Below are positions 9,901 through 19,780 of a stretch of 32,731 bases of DNA, piece by piece. How positions within the stretch are numbered: the stretch's first letter is position 1; each line of letters starts with the position of its first letter. Source of the stretch: Kofleriaceae bacterium (GTDB taxonomy: Bacteria > Myxococcota_A > Polyangia > Haliangiales > Haliangiaceae); the NCBI GenBank assembly GCA_046597055.1, contig JBKJLC010000240.1, positions 1 to 32,731 on the forward strand. The letters run 5' to 3'. The notes below the pieces were generated by a model. It worked only from the letters and a program-made list of their open reading frames with translations, was not told where the DNA came from and ran no database searches. Both the position numbers and the translations under genes were made by a program.

Positions 9901-10296
9901 CTGGCGGCTCACTACCGCTACGGTCGTGGCGAGTCGTTCCTGCTGCCGCGTGGCGAGATCGGCCGCACCAACTTCGACTCCAGCATCGACCTGCACGTCG
10001 GCTACAGCCGCAAGCTGTCGAAGGGCATGGAGCTCGAGGTCTACGGCGACGTCTTCAACGTCTTCAACCGCCAGGGTGTGGGCTCCATCGACGAGGAGTA
10101 CACCAGCCGGTCGTCGTCCAACCCGATCGTGGGTGGCACCTACGAGGACCTCATCTTCGCCAAGGAAGTCGAGGATCTCGAGGCCCCGATCGGCGCCGAG
10201 ACCAACCGCCCGATCAGGCCGAACCCGAACTTCGCCAACACGTCGAGCCGCTACGCGCCGCTGTCGGCGCAGTTCGGCGCCCGCCTGACCTTCTGA
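6943..10296 (+). CDS. Oar-type TonB-dependent outer membrane transporter
   Basis: Sec signal peptide, an N-terminal carboxypeptidase-regulatory-like domain (GAIQGRITD...[13 protein letters not shown]), a plug ([34 protein letters not shown]), barrel strands ([30 protein letters not shown]), and a terminal Phe (ARLTF). Confidence 0.93.
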   Translation: [1117 protein letters not shown]

Positions 10297-10330
10297 TCCA
10301 GCGGACGGGGGGGATCACTTCCCTCCTCGC

Positions 10331-10386
10331 CGACGCCCGCCTCGCCCCGCCGCACTCGGCTTGGGCTTGGCGGGCGTGTCGTTTTT
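10331..10386 (+). terminator. Intrinsic terminator after the oar-like gene
   Basis: GC-rich hairpin cgacgcccgcc...ggcgggcgtgtcg followed directly by TTTTT (10382-10386). Confidence 0.65.
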
Positions 10387-10403
10387 CGGGTAAGACGAGC
10401 CGG

Positions 10404-12650
10404 ATGGTCGCCACGCTCAACCCGGAGCAGCGCGCCGCTGTCGAGCACGGCGACGGACCGCTGCTGGTGCTCGCCGGCGCCGGCACCGGGAAGACGCGCG
10501 TGCTGGTCCACCGCATCGCCCGGCTGGTCGAGCGCGGGGTCGCGCCCTGGGAGATCCTCGCGGTCACCTTCACCAACAAGGCCGCCGGTGAGATGCGCCA
10601 CCGGGTCGGCCAGCTGCTGGGCGGCGTGGTCGACCGGATGTCGATCGGCACCTTCCACGCGACCTGCGCCCGGCTGCTGCGGCGCCACGGCGAGGCGATC
10701 GGCCTGCCGCGCGACTTCTTGATCTTCGACGACGACGACCAGCAGCGCGCGATCAACGGGCTGCTCAAGGCCGAAGGCATGGCCGATCAGATCGGCGCGC
10801 GCACGCTGCTGTCGCGCTTCGACCACGCCAAGAACCGCGGCCTCGACCCGGCGACGATGCCGACCGGCACCTACGTCGACGACATCGCGGCGGTGATCTA
10901 CCCGAAGTACCAGGCGCAGATGGCGCGCGAAAAGGCGGTCGACTTCGGCGACCTGATCCTGAAGGTCATCGAGCTCGGCAAGCACGCCGAGGTCGGGCCC
11001 CGCCTGCGCACGATGTTCCGCCACGTCCTGGTCGACGAGTTCCAGGACACCAACCTCGTGCAGTACGAGCTGGTGCGGATGCTGGCCGACGCGACCCGCA
11101 ACCTCACGGTGGTCGGCGACGACGATCAGTCGATCTACGCCTGGCGCGGGGCCGAGCCGCGCAACCTGCTCGACTTCGATCGCGACTTCCCCGACGTGGT
11201 CGAGATCAAGCTCGAGCAGAACTACCGCTCGACCTCGATGATCCTCGACGCCGCCAACGCGGTGATCGCGAAGAACCACGATCGCCGCGGCAAGGCGCTG
11301 TGGACCGAGCAGGGCGGCGGCGATCCGATCCAGTACTACCCGGCCGGCGACGACCGGGGCGAGGCCGACTGGGTCGCCCGGACCCTGCGCGAGTTGGTCG
11401 ACGACGGGACCTGCTCGCCTGGCGATGCCTGCATCCTGTACCGGACCAACGCGCAGTCGCGCGAGCTCGAGATGCAGCTGCGGCGGCACCACTTCGAGCC
11501 CATGGTGGTCGGCGGCCAGGCGTTCTTCGACCGCAAGGAGGTGAAGGACGTGATCGCGTACCTGCGCCTGTGCGCCAACCCCGACGCCGACTCGGCCCTC
11601 GAGCGGGTGATCAACGTGCCGCCGCGCGGGATCGGCGACGTGACCGTCGACAAGCTGCGCGCTCACGCCCGGGCCCGCGGCGAGGGTCTGCTGGCCGCCG
11701 CCCGCGACGTCGCCGGCGGCGGTGGCACCCTGGGGCCGGGCCCGCGCAAGAAGATCGCCGCGTTCGTGCCGCTGATCGAGGGGCTGCGCGACGTGGCCGC
11801 GGCCGGCGCGTCGCTGGCCGAGCTGGTGATCCAGGTGGTCGAGCGCTCGGGGTATCGCGAGTACCTGGTCGGCGAGGGCGACGGCGACGACCGGATGAAG
11901 AACCTGTCCGAGCTGGTCAACGTGGTCTCGGACTACGACGACGAGAGCAAGGGCGAGGGCAACCTGGCCGAGCTGCTGGAGTGGATCGCGCTGACCGGCG
12001 CCGCCGACAACAAGGACGGCCGCGGCGAGACGGTCACGTTGATGACCATCCACATGGCCAAGGGGCTCGAGTTCGAGCTGGTGTTCCTGTGTGGCCTGGA
12101 GGACGGGCTGTTCCCGTCGCTGCGACCGCGCGACGGGATCGACGAGCAGGCGGCGCTCGAGGAGGAGCGCCGCCTGGCCTACGTCGCGCTGACCCGCGCG
12201 CGCACGCGGTTGTACCTGTCGAACGCCCGGCTCCGGCGGGTGTGGGGCGACGTGAAGCAGCAGTCGCCGTCGCGCTTCCTCGACGACATCCCGGCGGGCT
12301 GCTTCGCGACGCCGCCGAAGAAGCTGCGCGTGCACGCGCCGGCGGCGCTCAAGGTGCGACCGACGACGGCGCCGCCGCGGAGCCAGCGACCGGCGTGGGA
12401 CGAGCACGATCAGCGCTCGTACGACGACGACCTGCCGGCGTTCGACATCAACGCCGACGTCCGCGGCAGTCGCGACAGCGGCGGCGGCGGGCGCGGCGCG
12501 TTCGCGGTGGGCTCGACCGTCCGCCACGCGGCGTTCGGGCCGGGCCGGGTGGTCACCTGCAGCGGCGAGGGCTTCCAGGTGCGGGTGGTCGTGGAGTTCG
12601 CGAGCGTCGGGGCCAAGACGGTCGACGCGCGCTGGCTGCAGCCGGGCTAG
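10404..12650 (+). CDS. pcrA: ATP-dependent DNA helicase UvrD/PcrA
   Basis: LNPEQ, Walker A AGAGTGKT, TFTNKAA, VDEFQD, VGDDDQSIY, LEQNYRS, TIHMAKGLEF and EERRLAYVALTRA, plus a C-terminal Tudor-like domain (VRHAAFGPGRV). Confidence 0.96.
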   Translation: MVATLNPEQRAAVEHGDGPLLVLAGAGTGKTRVLVHRIARLVERGVAPWEILAVTFTNKAAGEMRHRVGQLLGGVVDRMSIGTFHATCARLLRRHGEAIGLPRDFLIFDDDDQQRAINGLLKAEGMADQIGARTLLSRFDHAKNRGLDPATMPTGTYVDDIAAVIYPKYQAQMAREKAVDFGDLILKVIELGKHAEVGPRLRTMFRHVLVDEFQDTNLVQYELVRMLADATRNLTVVGDDDQSIYAWRGAEPRNLLDFDRDFPDVVEIKLEQNYRSTSMILDAANAVIAKNHDRRGKALWTEQGGGDPIQYYPAGDDRGEADWVARTLRELVDDGTCSPGDACILYRTNAQSRELEMQLRRHHFEPMVVGGQAFFDRKEVKDVIAYLRLCANPDADSALERVINVPPRGIGDVTVDKLRAHARARGEGLLAAARDVAGGGGTLGPGPRKKIAAFVPLIEGLRDVAAAGASLAELVIQVVERSGYREYLVGEGDGDDRMKNLSELVNVVSDYDDESKGEGNLAELLEWIALTGAADNKDGRGETVTLMTIHMAKGLEFELVFLCGLEDGLFPSLRPRDGIDEQAALEEERRLAYVALTRARTRLYLSNARLRRVWGDVKQQSPSRFLDDIPAGCFATPPKKLRVHAPAALKVRPTTAPPRSQRPAWDEHDQRSYDDDLPAFDINADVRGSRDSGGGGRGAFAVGSTVRHAAFGPGRVVTCSGEGFQVRVVVEFASVGAKTVDARWLQPG

Positions 12651-12665
12651 CCGGGGGCTAGCCCG
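12643..12665. terminator. Perfect hairpin between the convergent pcrA and htrA genes
   Basis: cgggctagcc-ggg-ggctagcccg: 10-bp perfect stem overlapping the pcrA stop codon. Confidence 0.5.
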
Positions 12666-12708
12666 CGGCAAGCGCGGCGCGCGGTGGAACCACGGCGGCG
12701 TCGCCGGG

Positions 12709-13809
12709 CTACTCGGGCATCGGCTCGGGCACCAGCGCCAGCGTGACCGCGGCGCGGTCGCGCCAGAGGGTCAGCGTCACCGGCTTGCCGACCGGCGCGT
12801 TGGCGACCAGCCAGGGCAGGTTGCGGTGGTCGACGGTGCGGCCGTCCCAGGCGGTCACGACGTCGCCGGGGCGCAGGCCGGCCTTGATCGCCGGCGAGCC
12901 GACCTTGACCTCGGTCACCAGCGCGCCGCCGACCTTGGCCAGGCCGAGCTGCTCGGCGAGGACGGGGGTGACCGGGCGGGCCAGCACGCCGAGCCAGGCG
13001 CGGCGCACGCTGCCCGAGCTGCGCAGCGGCTCGAGCACCTCGCGGATGCGGTTGCTGGGCAGGACGAAGGCCAGCTCGCCGGGACGATCGCCGGTCGCGA
13101 CCGCGAGGCCGATCACCTTGCCGGCGGTCGACAGCACCGGGCCGCCGCTGTTGCCGCGGTGGATGCGGGCGTCGACCTGGAGGTAGGTGCGGAACCCGAT
13201 CGACGGGCCCTCGACCAGCGAGCCGGACGACTCGCGGCCGGTCGCCGACACGATCCCGGCCGAGGCCGAGACCTCCTCGCCGAAGGCGTTGCCGAGCACG
13301 ACGATCCACTCGCCGACCTCGAGGGCGTCGGAGTCGCCGAGGCGCAGGGTCGGCAGGCGTGGCGCGTCGACCGCCAGGAGCGCGACGTCGAGGCCGGGGT
13401 CGCGGCCGATGATCCGCGCCGGCAGCTCGGTGCCGTCGACCAGGCCGATCTGGATCTCGGTGACGTCGGCGACCACGTGGTCGTTGGTGAGCACGTAGGT
13501 GCCGCTCGACTGGATCAGGAACCCGGTGCCGAGCGCGAGGTCGTTCACGGTCGGCGCGGTGCCGGGGAACATCGCGGCCGGGCCGCTCTTCACCGGGTTG
13601 CGCGCGCGGATCGCGACCACCGCGCGGCGCGCGTCGCGGACCAGGTCGACGAACGAGCTGGGCGCGGTCGGGTAGAGCAGGCGGCTGGTCCGTCCGGCAT
13701 CGTCGGCCAACGGCGTGGTGGTCACCGGGCCCGCGTCCTGGGCCTCGGACCGCCACTGGCAGCCGCCGGCGAGCAGGCCCACCGCGAGCGCCGCGGCCAC
13801 CGGCTTCAT
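12709..13809 (-). CDS. HtrA/DegP-family serine protease with one PDZ domain, probable lipoprotein
   Basis: Catalytic triad in LTNDHVV, DVALL and GNSGGP. PDZ motif WLGV...GSPAIKAGLRPGDVV. Signal ending LLAGG-C. Confidence 0.93.
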   Translation of the reverse strand: MKPVAAALAVGLLAGGCQWRSEAQDAGPVTTTPLADDAGRTSRLLYPTAPSSFVDLVRDARRAVVAIRARNPVKSGPAAMFPGTAPTVNDLALGTGFLIQSSGTYVLTNDHVVADVTEIQIGLVDGTELPARIIGRDPGLDVALLAVDAPRLPTLRLGDSDALEVGEWIVVLGNAFGEEVSASAGIVSATGRESSGSLVEGPSIGFRTYLQVDARIHRGNSGGPVLSTAGKVIGLAVATGDRPGELAFVLPSNRIREVLEPLRSSGSVRRAWLGVLARPVTPVLAEQLGLAKVGGALVTEVKVGSPAIKAGLRPGDVVTAWDGRTVDHRNLPWLVANAPVGKPVTLTLWRDRAAVTLALVPEPMPE

Positions 13810-14135
13810 CTGGACGACGCCGGGGCCTTGCCCGTGCGGGCCGCGGCCGCCGACGCATCGACGAACGCGACCCGCAGGTCGTACAGCAGGCTCTGCAGCA
13901 GCTTCTCCTCGGATTGCTCGAGGTTGCCGCGGGTCTTGCGCTCGAGCATGCCGAGCACGTCGATCAGGTAGCGCGCGGTGTCGATGTCCTGCTCGATCGG
14001 CTCGCCCGACGGCGCCGGCATGACGCCGAGCGAGACCATCGCGGAGGACGCCAGCGACAGCACGTGCGTCGCGAAGTCGACTTCGTGGAGCGCCGGCCGC
14101 GGCTCGTGCTCGCCAAGGGGCTCGGATTCCGACAT
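13806..14135 (-). CDS. DUF1844 domain protein
   Basis: VDFATHVLSLASSAMVSLG...ARYLIDVLGMLERKTRGNL..EEKLLQSLLYDLR is the DUF1844 pattern. Its stop overlaps the htrA start (ATGA). TAGAGT lies 7 nt upstream of ATG 14135. Confidence 0.88.
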   Translation of the reverse strand: MSESEPLGEHEPRPALHEVDFATHVLSLASSAMVSLGVMPAPSGEPIEQDIDTARYLIDVLGMLERKTRGNLEQSEEKLLQSLLYDLRVAFVDASAAAARTGKAPASSR

Positions 14136-14379
14136 GGCCGGCACTCTACCGCGGAAGCCCGGAACCGGGCCGCCACCGGACCGCGAAGCGCGGCCGACCC
14201 CGGCGCCGAGCCGAGCGAAGCGAGGCGGCTCCGGTTCCGTACAGATCGGGCGCGGCCTCCGGGCCGCGGCCGACCGATCGAAAGGGAGGGTGGGATTTCG
14301 AAAGAATCACAGCCGCTGGGCCCGGCCGCTCGTGGCCGCGATGTGCACCACGGCCGGTTCCGTGACATCGTCGAGAGAC

Positions 14380-15507
<1,128 letters not shown>

Positions 15508-15530
15508 CCCGCCGCGTCGCCGCCCTGCTC

Positions 15531-16418
15531 ATGCCGATCGCCGCCACCGAGCTGTTCCGCAAGGCCAAGAAGATCGAGATCGCCACCCGGCGACTCGTCA
15601 ACGAGCGCCTGGCCGGGCAGTACCACTCGGTGTTCAAGGGCGGCGGCCTGATCTTCTCCGACGTGCGCCCGTACCTGCCGGGCGACGACGTGCGCTCGAT
15701 CGACTGGAACGTGTCGGCGCGCATGAACCACGCCCACGTGAAGCAGTTCGTCGAGGAGCGCGACCGGACCGTCAACCTCGTGATCGACATGAGCGCGTCG
15801 GGCTTCTTCGGCACGGCGGGGGCGTCGAAGCGCGAGATCGCGGCCGAGCTGGCCGCGATGGTCGCGTTCTCCGCGATCAAGAACAACGACCGGGTCGGCC
15901 TGTTCCTGGTGACCGACAAGGTCGAGCGGTACGTGCCGCCCAAGAAGGGCAAGCGCCACGTGCTCCGGGTGGTCAGCGAGATCCTCGCGTTCAAGCCCGA
16001 GTCGCGCAAGACCGACCTCGCGGTCGGCCTCGACTTCCTCGGGAAGATCGCGCGCCGCCGGTCGGTCGTGTTCCTGGTGAGCGACTTCCTGTCCGACGGC
16101 TGGGACCGGCCGATGCGGATCGCCGCGCGCCGGCACGACCTGGTCCCGGTGGTGGTCGCCGATCCGGTCGAGCTCGAGCTGCCTGACGTCGGCCTGATCG
16201 CCTTCGAGGATCTCGAGAGCGGCGAGGTGATCGAGTTCGACACCAGCGGCTTCACCGCCCGCGACTATCGGCGCCGGCTGCGCGCCGCCGAGGGCGCCCG
16301 CGACCAGGCGCTGCGACGCATGAACGTCGACGTGGTCGAGGTCCGAACCGACCAGCCCTACGTCGACGCGCTGGTCGCGTTTTTTCGCGCGCGCGCGCGC
16401 CGGCTGGCGCACGGATGA
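15531..16418 (+). CDS. DUF58 (vWA-like) protein
   Basis: GQYHSVFKG.GLIFSDVRPYLPGDDVRSIDWNVSAR...VKQFVEER, DMSAS and FLVSDF. The real start is ATG 15531 inside the longer called ORF. Confidence 0.93.
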   Translation: MPIAATELFRKAKKIEIATRRLVNERLAGQYHSVFKGGGLIFSDVRPYLPGDDVRSIDWNVSARMNHAHVKQFVEERDRTVNLVIDMSASGFFGTAGASKREIAAELAAMVAFSAIKNNDRVGLFLVTDKVERYVPPKKGKRHVLRVVSEILAFKPESRKTDLAVGLDFLGKIARRRSVVFLVSDFLSDGWDRPMRIAARRHDLVPVVVADPVELELPDVGLIAFEDLESGEVIEFDTSGFTARDYRRRLRAAEGARDQALRRMNVDVVEVRTDQPYVDALVAFFRARARRLAHG

Positions 16419-17497
16419 GGCGGTCTCGCCACGCGGTCACCGCCGCCGTGATCGCCGCGCTCGCGGCCGGGCCGACATGGGCCCAGCCCGCCGACCCCAC
16501 CGGACCCAGCGATGGTGGCGTGGCGCCCGCGCCCGATGCCGGGCCGCTGGTGGTCGATGGCCCCGAGCTGCTCGGCATCGCCCGCCCGGTCGCCTCGGCG
16601 GCGGCGGCCCCGAGCCGGGTCCGGCTCGGCGACACCTTCACGCTGTTCATCGACGTGGTGTTCGATGACCAGGTCACGGTCAACCTGGCCGCCACCCTCG
16701 ACCTCGGCGACGCCTTCGACGAGGTCAAGCGCACCTCGACCGACCAGCAGCGCAGCGACGGGACCCGCAAGCGCAGCTACCAGATCCAGCTGCGGGCCTG
16801 GGAGCTCGGCGAGCTGCGGCTGCCGCCGTTCCAGGTCGCGTACACCGTCGGTGGCCAGCGCTCGTGGGTGGTGACCAACCCGGTGCCGATCGAGGTGACC
16901 GGGCAGCTCGGCGACGTCGACGACAAGACCGCCATGCTCGACGACACCCCGCCGGTGTCGCTGGCGCGCCGCGACTGGCGGTGGGTGATGGTCGCGATCG
17001 CGGCGGTGCTGGTGATCGCGATCGCGCTGATCGCCCGCCGCCTGCGCCGGCGCCGCCCGCTGGCGCCAGCGCTGATCCGCGCGCCCACCGCGGGCGGTCG
17101 CAGCGCGCGGGTGCGCCTGGGCGGCCCGGCCGAGCGCGCGCTGGCCGCGCTCGATCAGCTCGATCGGGCCGGCACGCTGACCCGCGAGCCGCGGGTTGGC
17201 TACGACGAGATGGTCACGATCATGCGGACGTTCGTCGGCGAGCAGTTCGGCGTGGCCACCCTCGATCGCACCAGCCACGAGCTGCTGGTGGCGCTGGGGC
17301 GGACCTCGATCTTTCGGCCGGCGCTGACCGCGGCTGGCCACTGGTTCGGGCGCTGCGACCTGGTCAAGTACGCCGCCCAGCGGCCCGATGCCGCCGGCAG
17401 CGGCGAGGACCTCGCCAGCGCCCGCGCGGTGATCGTCGGCGCGGCCGGCGGCCTCGCGCCCGCGGTGGTCGGCCCTGGGGAGGTCGCCCATGGCTAG
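16415..17497 (+). CDS. BatD-like/DUF4381-type membrane protein of the Bat operon
   Basis: Signal peptide, a beta-rich Ig-like domain (VRLGDTFTLFIDV...GELRLPPFQVAY), a TM helix, then AERALAALDQL...RTSHELL...CDLVKYA. Its position between DUF58 and BatA is typical of these operons. Confidence 0.75.
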   Translation: MRRSRHAVTAAVIAALAAGPTWAQPADPTGPSDGGVAPAPDAGPLVVDGPELLGIARPVASAAAAPSRVRLGDTFTLFIDVVFDDQVTVNLAATLDLGDAFDEVKRTSTDQQRSDGTRKRSYQIQLRAWELGELRLPPFQVAYTVGGQRSWVVTNPVPIEVTGQLGDVDDKTAMLDDTPPVSLARRDWRWVMVAIAAVLVIAIALIARRLRRRRPLAPALIRAPTAGGRSARVRLGGPAERALAALDQLDRAGTLTREPRVGYDEMVTIMRTFVGEQFGVATLDRTSHELLVALGRTSIFRPALTAAGHWFGRCDLVKYAAQRPDAAGSGEDLASARAVIVGAAGGLAPAVVGPGEVAHG

Positions 17498-18548
17498 GGT
17501 GTGGCGGGCGCTGGTCCCGTACCTGCTGCTGCTCGCGATCGGCGGGCCGCTCGCGATCGGCGTCCACACCTACTTCGCGGATGCCGAGCGCCGCAACGAG
17601 CTGGCGTGGGGCAAGCCGCTGGCGTTCGTGCTGCTGATCGCGTGCGGGCTCCTGGCCTGGGTGCTGTTCCACCTGCGCGCGCATCGCGGCGCGACCATGG
17701 CGTTCACCCGGGTCCACGACCTCAAGGCAGTCGGGCCCGGCTTCGTCAGCTACCTGGCCAGCTTGCCCGGGGTGCTGCGGATCCTGGCGATCACCGCGAT
17801 CGTCGTCGGGCTGGCCCGGCCCCAGACCTGGCGCACGGTCACCAGCGAGGTCGACTCGGTGGACATCATGATCGTCTTCGACATGTCGAAGTCGATGGAG
17901 GAGACCGACCTCGCGCGCGACCGGATGGACGCCGCGCAGCGCGTGGTCCGCCGGTTCGTCGCCACCACCCAGGGCGATCGAGTTGGCCTGGTGGTGTTCG
18001 CGCAGCAGGCGATGCTGCAGTGCCCGCTGACCCACGACATGCACATGCTCGATCGGGTGGTCGCCAACCTCGAGATCGACGACATCCCGTCGCTGGGCAC
18101 CGCGATCGGCGACGGCCTCGGCATGGGGCTCGCGTACCTGCGCCGGTCGGAGTCGAAGTCGCGGATCGTCATCCTGCTCAGCGACGGCGACAACAACGTC
18201 TCGAGCCAGATGACGCCGCGCCAGGCCGCCGAGGCGGCCAAGGCGATGGGCGTGCGGGTCTTCACGGTCCTGGTCGGCGCCGACACCGGCACCTGGGGCA
18301 ACTCGGTCAACCCCGAGACCCTGACCACGATCGCCGACGTCACCGGTGGCCAGTTCTTCAAGGCCGTCGACTACGCGACGCTGAAGCGCAGCTTCGAGGA
18401 GGTGCGTGCCACTCTCGAGAAGGACAAGCGCCGCATCCAGGAGCGCAAGAAGGACCGCGAGCTGTTCGTGCCGCTGGTTGCGCTGGCGGTCGGGCTGCTG
18501 CTGGTCGAGTTGTTGCTGTCAGCGACCCGGTTCCGGAGGTTCCCGTGA
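17490..18548 (+). CDS. batA: BatA-like vWA domain membrane protein
   Basis: TM helices and LARPQ. MIDAS residues DMSKS...GTAIGDG...LLSDG. GDRVGLVVFA and a C-terminal TM ending RFRRFP. Confidence 0.88.
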   Translation: MARVWRALVPYLLLLAIGGPLAIGVHTYFADAERRNELAWGKPLAFVLLIACGLLAWVLFHLRAHRGATMAFTRVHDLKAVGPGFVSYLASLPGVLRILAITAIVVGLARPQTWRTVTSEVDSVDIMIVFDMSKSMEETDLARDRMDAAQRVVRRFVATTQGDRVGLVVFAQQAMLQCPLTHDMHMLDRVVANLEIDDIPSLGTAIGDGLGMGLAYLRRSESKSRIVILLSDGDNNVSSQMTPRQAAEAAKAMGVRVFTVLVGADTGTWGNSVNPETLTTIADVTGGQFFKAVDYATLKRSFEEVRATLEKDKRRIQERKKDRELFVPLVALAVGLLLVELLLSATRFRRFP

Positions 18549-19735
18549 GGTTCGAGAGTCCGTTCCTGATCGGCGTGGCGGCGCTGGTGCCGCTGGTGGT
18601 CGCGCTGATCGCGGTCCTCGACCGCTCGCGGCGGCGGGTCCTGCTGGGTCGGCTCGGCGAGCTCGAGGCGGTGCGGCGCATGATGGCGTCGGCATCGCCG
18701 GCGCGCCGGCGGATCAAGCGCGTGCTCCAGGCGGTCGGGGTCGCCTTGATTGTGCTGGCGGCGGCGCGGCCGCAGCTGCCCGGGCGGGCGACCCGCGGCA
18801 CCGAGAGCCTCGACCTGGTGGTGGCGCTCGACGTGTCGAAGTCGATGATGGTCGACGATCTCGACGGGACCCGGTTGGCGCGGGCCCGGGCCCTGGTCAA
18901 GAGCCTGTTCGCCCAGCTCCCCAACGATCGGGTCGCGCCGATCGTGTTCGCCGGCGCCGCCGCGCACTTCCCGCTGACCGAGGACAAGGACGTCGCGGTC
19001 GAGATCATGGCCGACCTGGGCCCGGCCGACCTGCCGCCTGGCTCCGACCTCGCCGAGGCGCTGCGGGTCGCCAAGTGCCTGCTGCGGCCCGATCTGGGCG
19101 ACTCCTGGGACGACGACTGCGGCGACGTCGGCGGGCGCGGCCACGGCGGCGATCCGCTGCCCAACGAGCGCTACCAGGAGGACCGGTTCGAGGTCGCTGC
19201 CGACGTGACCGAGAAGGAGGAGCGCGCCAAGGTGATCCTGCTCATCACCGACGGCGCCGACGGGCTCGGCGGTGGGAGCCGCGCCGACGACGGCAGCAAG
19301 ATCATCCGCGAGGTGCGCGACGCGGTCACCCTCGGCATCACCGTGGTCGTGGTCGGCGCCGGTACCGAGGCCGGCGGCACCGTGCCCGACCTCGACTTCA
19401 AGGGCCAGCCGGTGGGGCCCAAGCGCGACGACAGCGGCAAGGTGATCGTCTCGAAGCTCGATCGCGAGTCGCTGCGGCTGCTCGCGGAGGCCGGGGGCGA
19501 TGCCGGCCGCTACCTCGAGCTGGCCGAGCTACCCGTCACCGGCGGCAAGGTCGACCCGACGCGGATCGTCGAGGTGCTCGGCGCGCTGAAGCGGGGTGCG
19601 CTGGAGCGGCACGATCAGCGGGTGATGGACGAGCTTTATCACTTCTTCCTGTTTCCTGGCTTTCTGCTTCTGGTCATCGAAGCCTGTATTGGCACACGTC
19701 GGCGCCTCCGGTATCCGGAGTCCCCGGTCGCGTGA
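18545..19735 (+). CDS. batB: BatB-like vWA domain membrane protein
   Basis: GTG 18545 overlaps the batA stop. MRFESP, AARPQ, ALDVSKSM, DRVAPIVFAG, PLTED, LITDG, GTEAGGTVP and VSKLD, with a C-terminal TM. Confidence 0.87.
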   Translation: MRFESPFLIGVAALVPLVVALIAVLDRSRRRVLLGRLGELEAVRRMMASASPARRRIKRVLQAVGVALIVLAAARPQLPGRATRGTESLDLVVALDVSKSMMVDDLDGTRLARARALVKSLFAQLPNDRVAPIVFAGAAAHFPLTEDKDVAVEIMADLGPADLPPGSDLAEALRVAKCLLRPDLGDSWDDDCGDVGGRGHGGDPLPNERYQEDRFEVAADVTEKEERAKVILLITDGADGLGGGSRADDGSKIIREVRDAVTLGITVVVVGAGTEAGGTVPDLDFKGQPVGPKRDDSGKVIVSKLDRESLRLLAEAGGDAGRYLELAELPVTGGKVDPTRIVEVLGALKRGALERHDQRVMDELYHFFLFPGFLLLVIEACIGTRRRLRYPESPVA

Positions 19736-19780
19736 GGTAGGCGTGTGCGCGCGGCTTGCGAACGTGTCAAGCTCAACCTC

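Noticed and set aside
6958..9996. 1012-aa minus-strand ORF, and similar long antisense ORFs (913-2652, 10251-12671, 20716-22128, 23001-26813)
   Set aside because: Antisense shadows of real high-GC3 genes. Stop codons are rare in that frame and the proteins carry no recognisable motifs.
17501..19735. 744-aa ORF suggesting a batA-batB fusion or frameshift
   Set aside because: batA is complete in its own frame and batB starts at GTG 18545 with a normal GTGA overlap.
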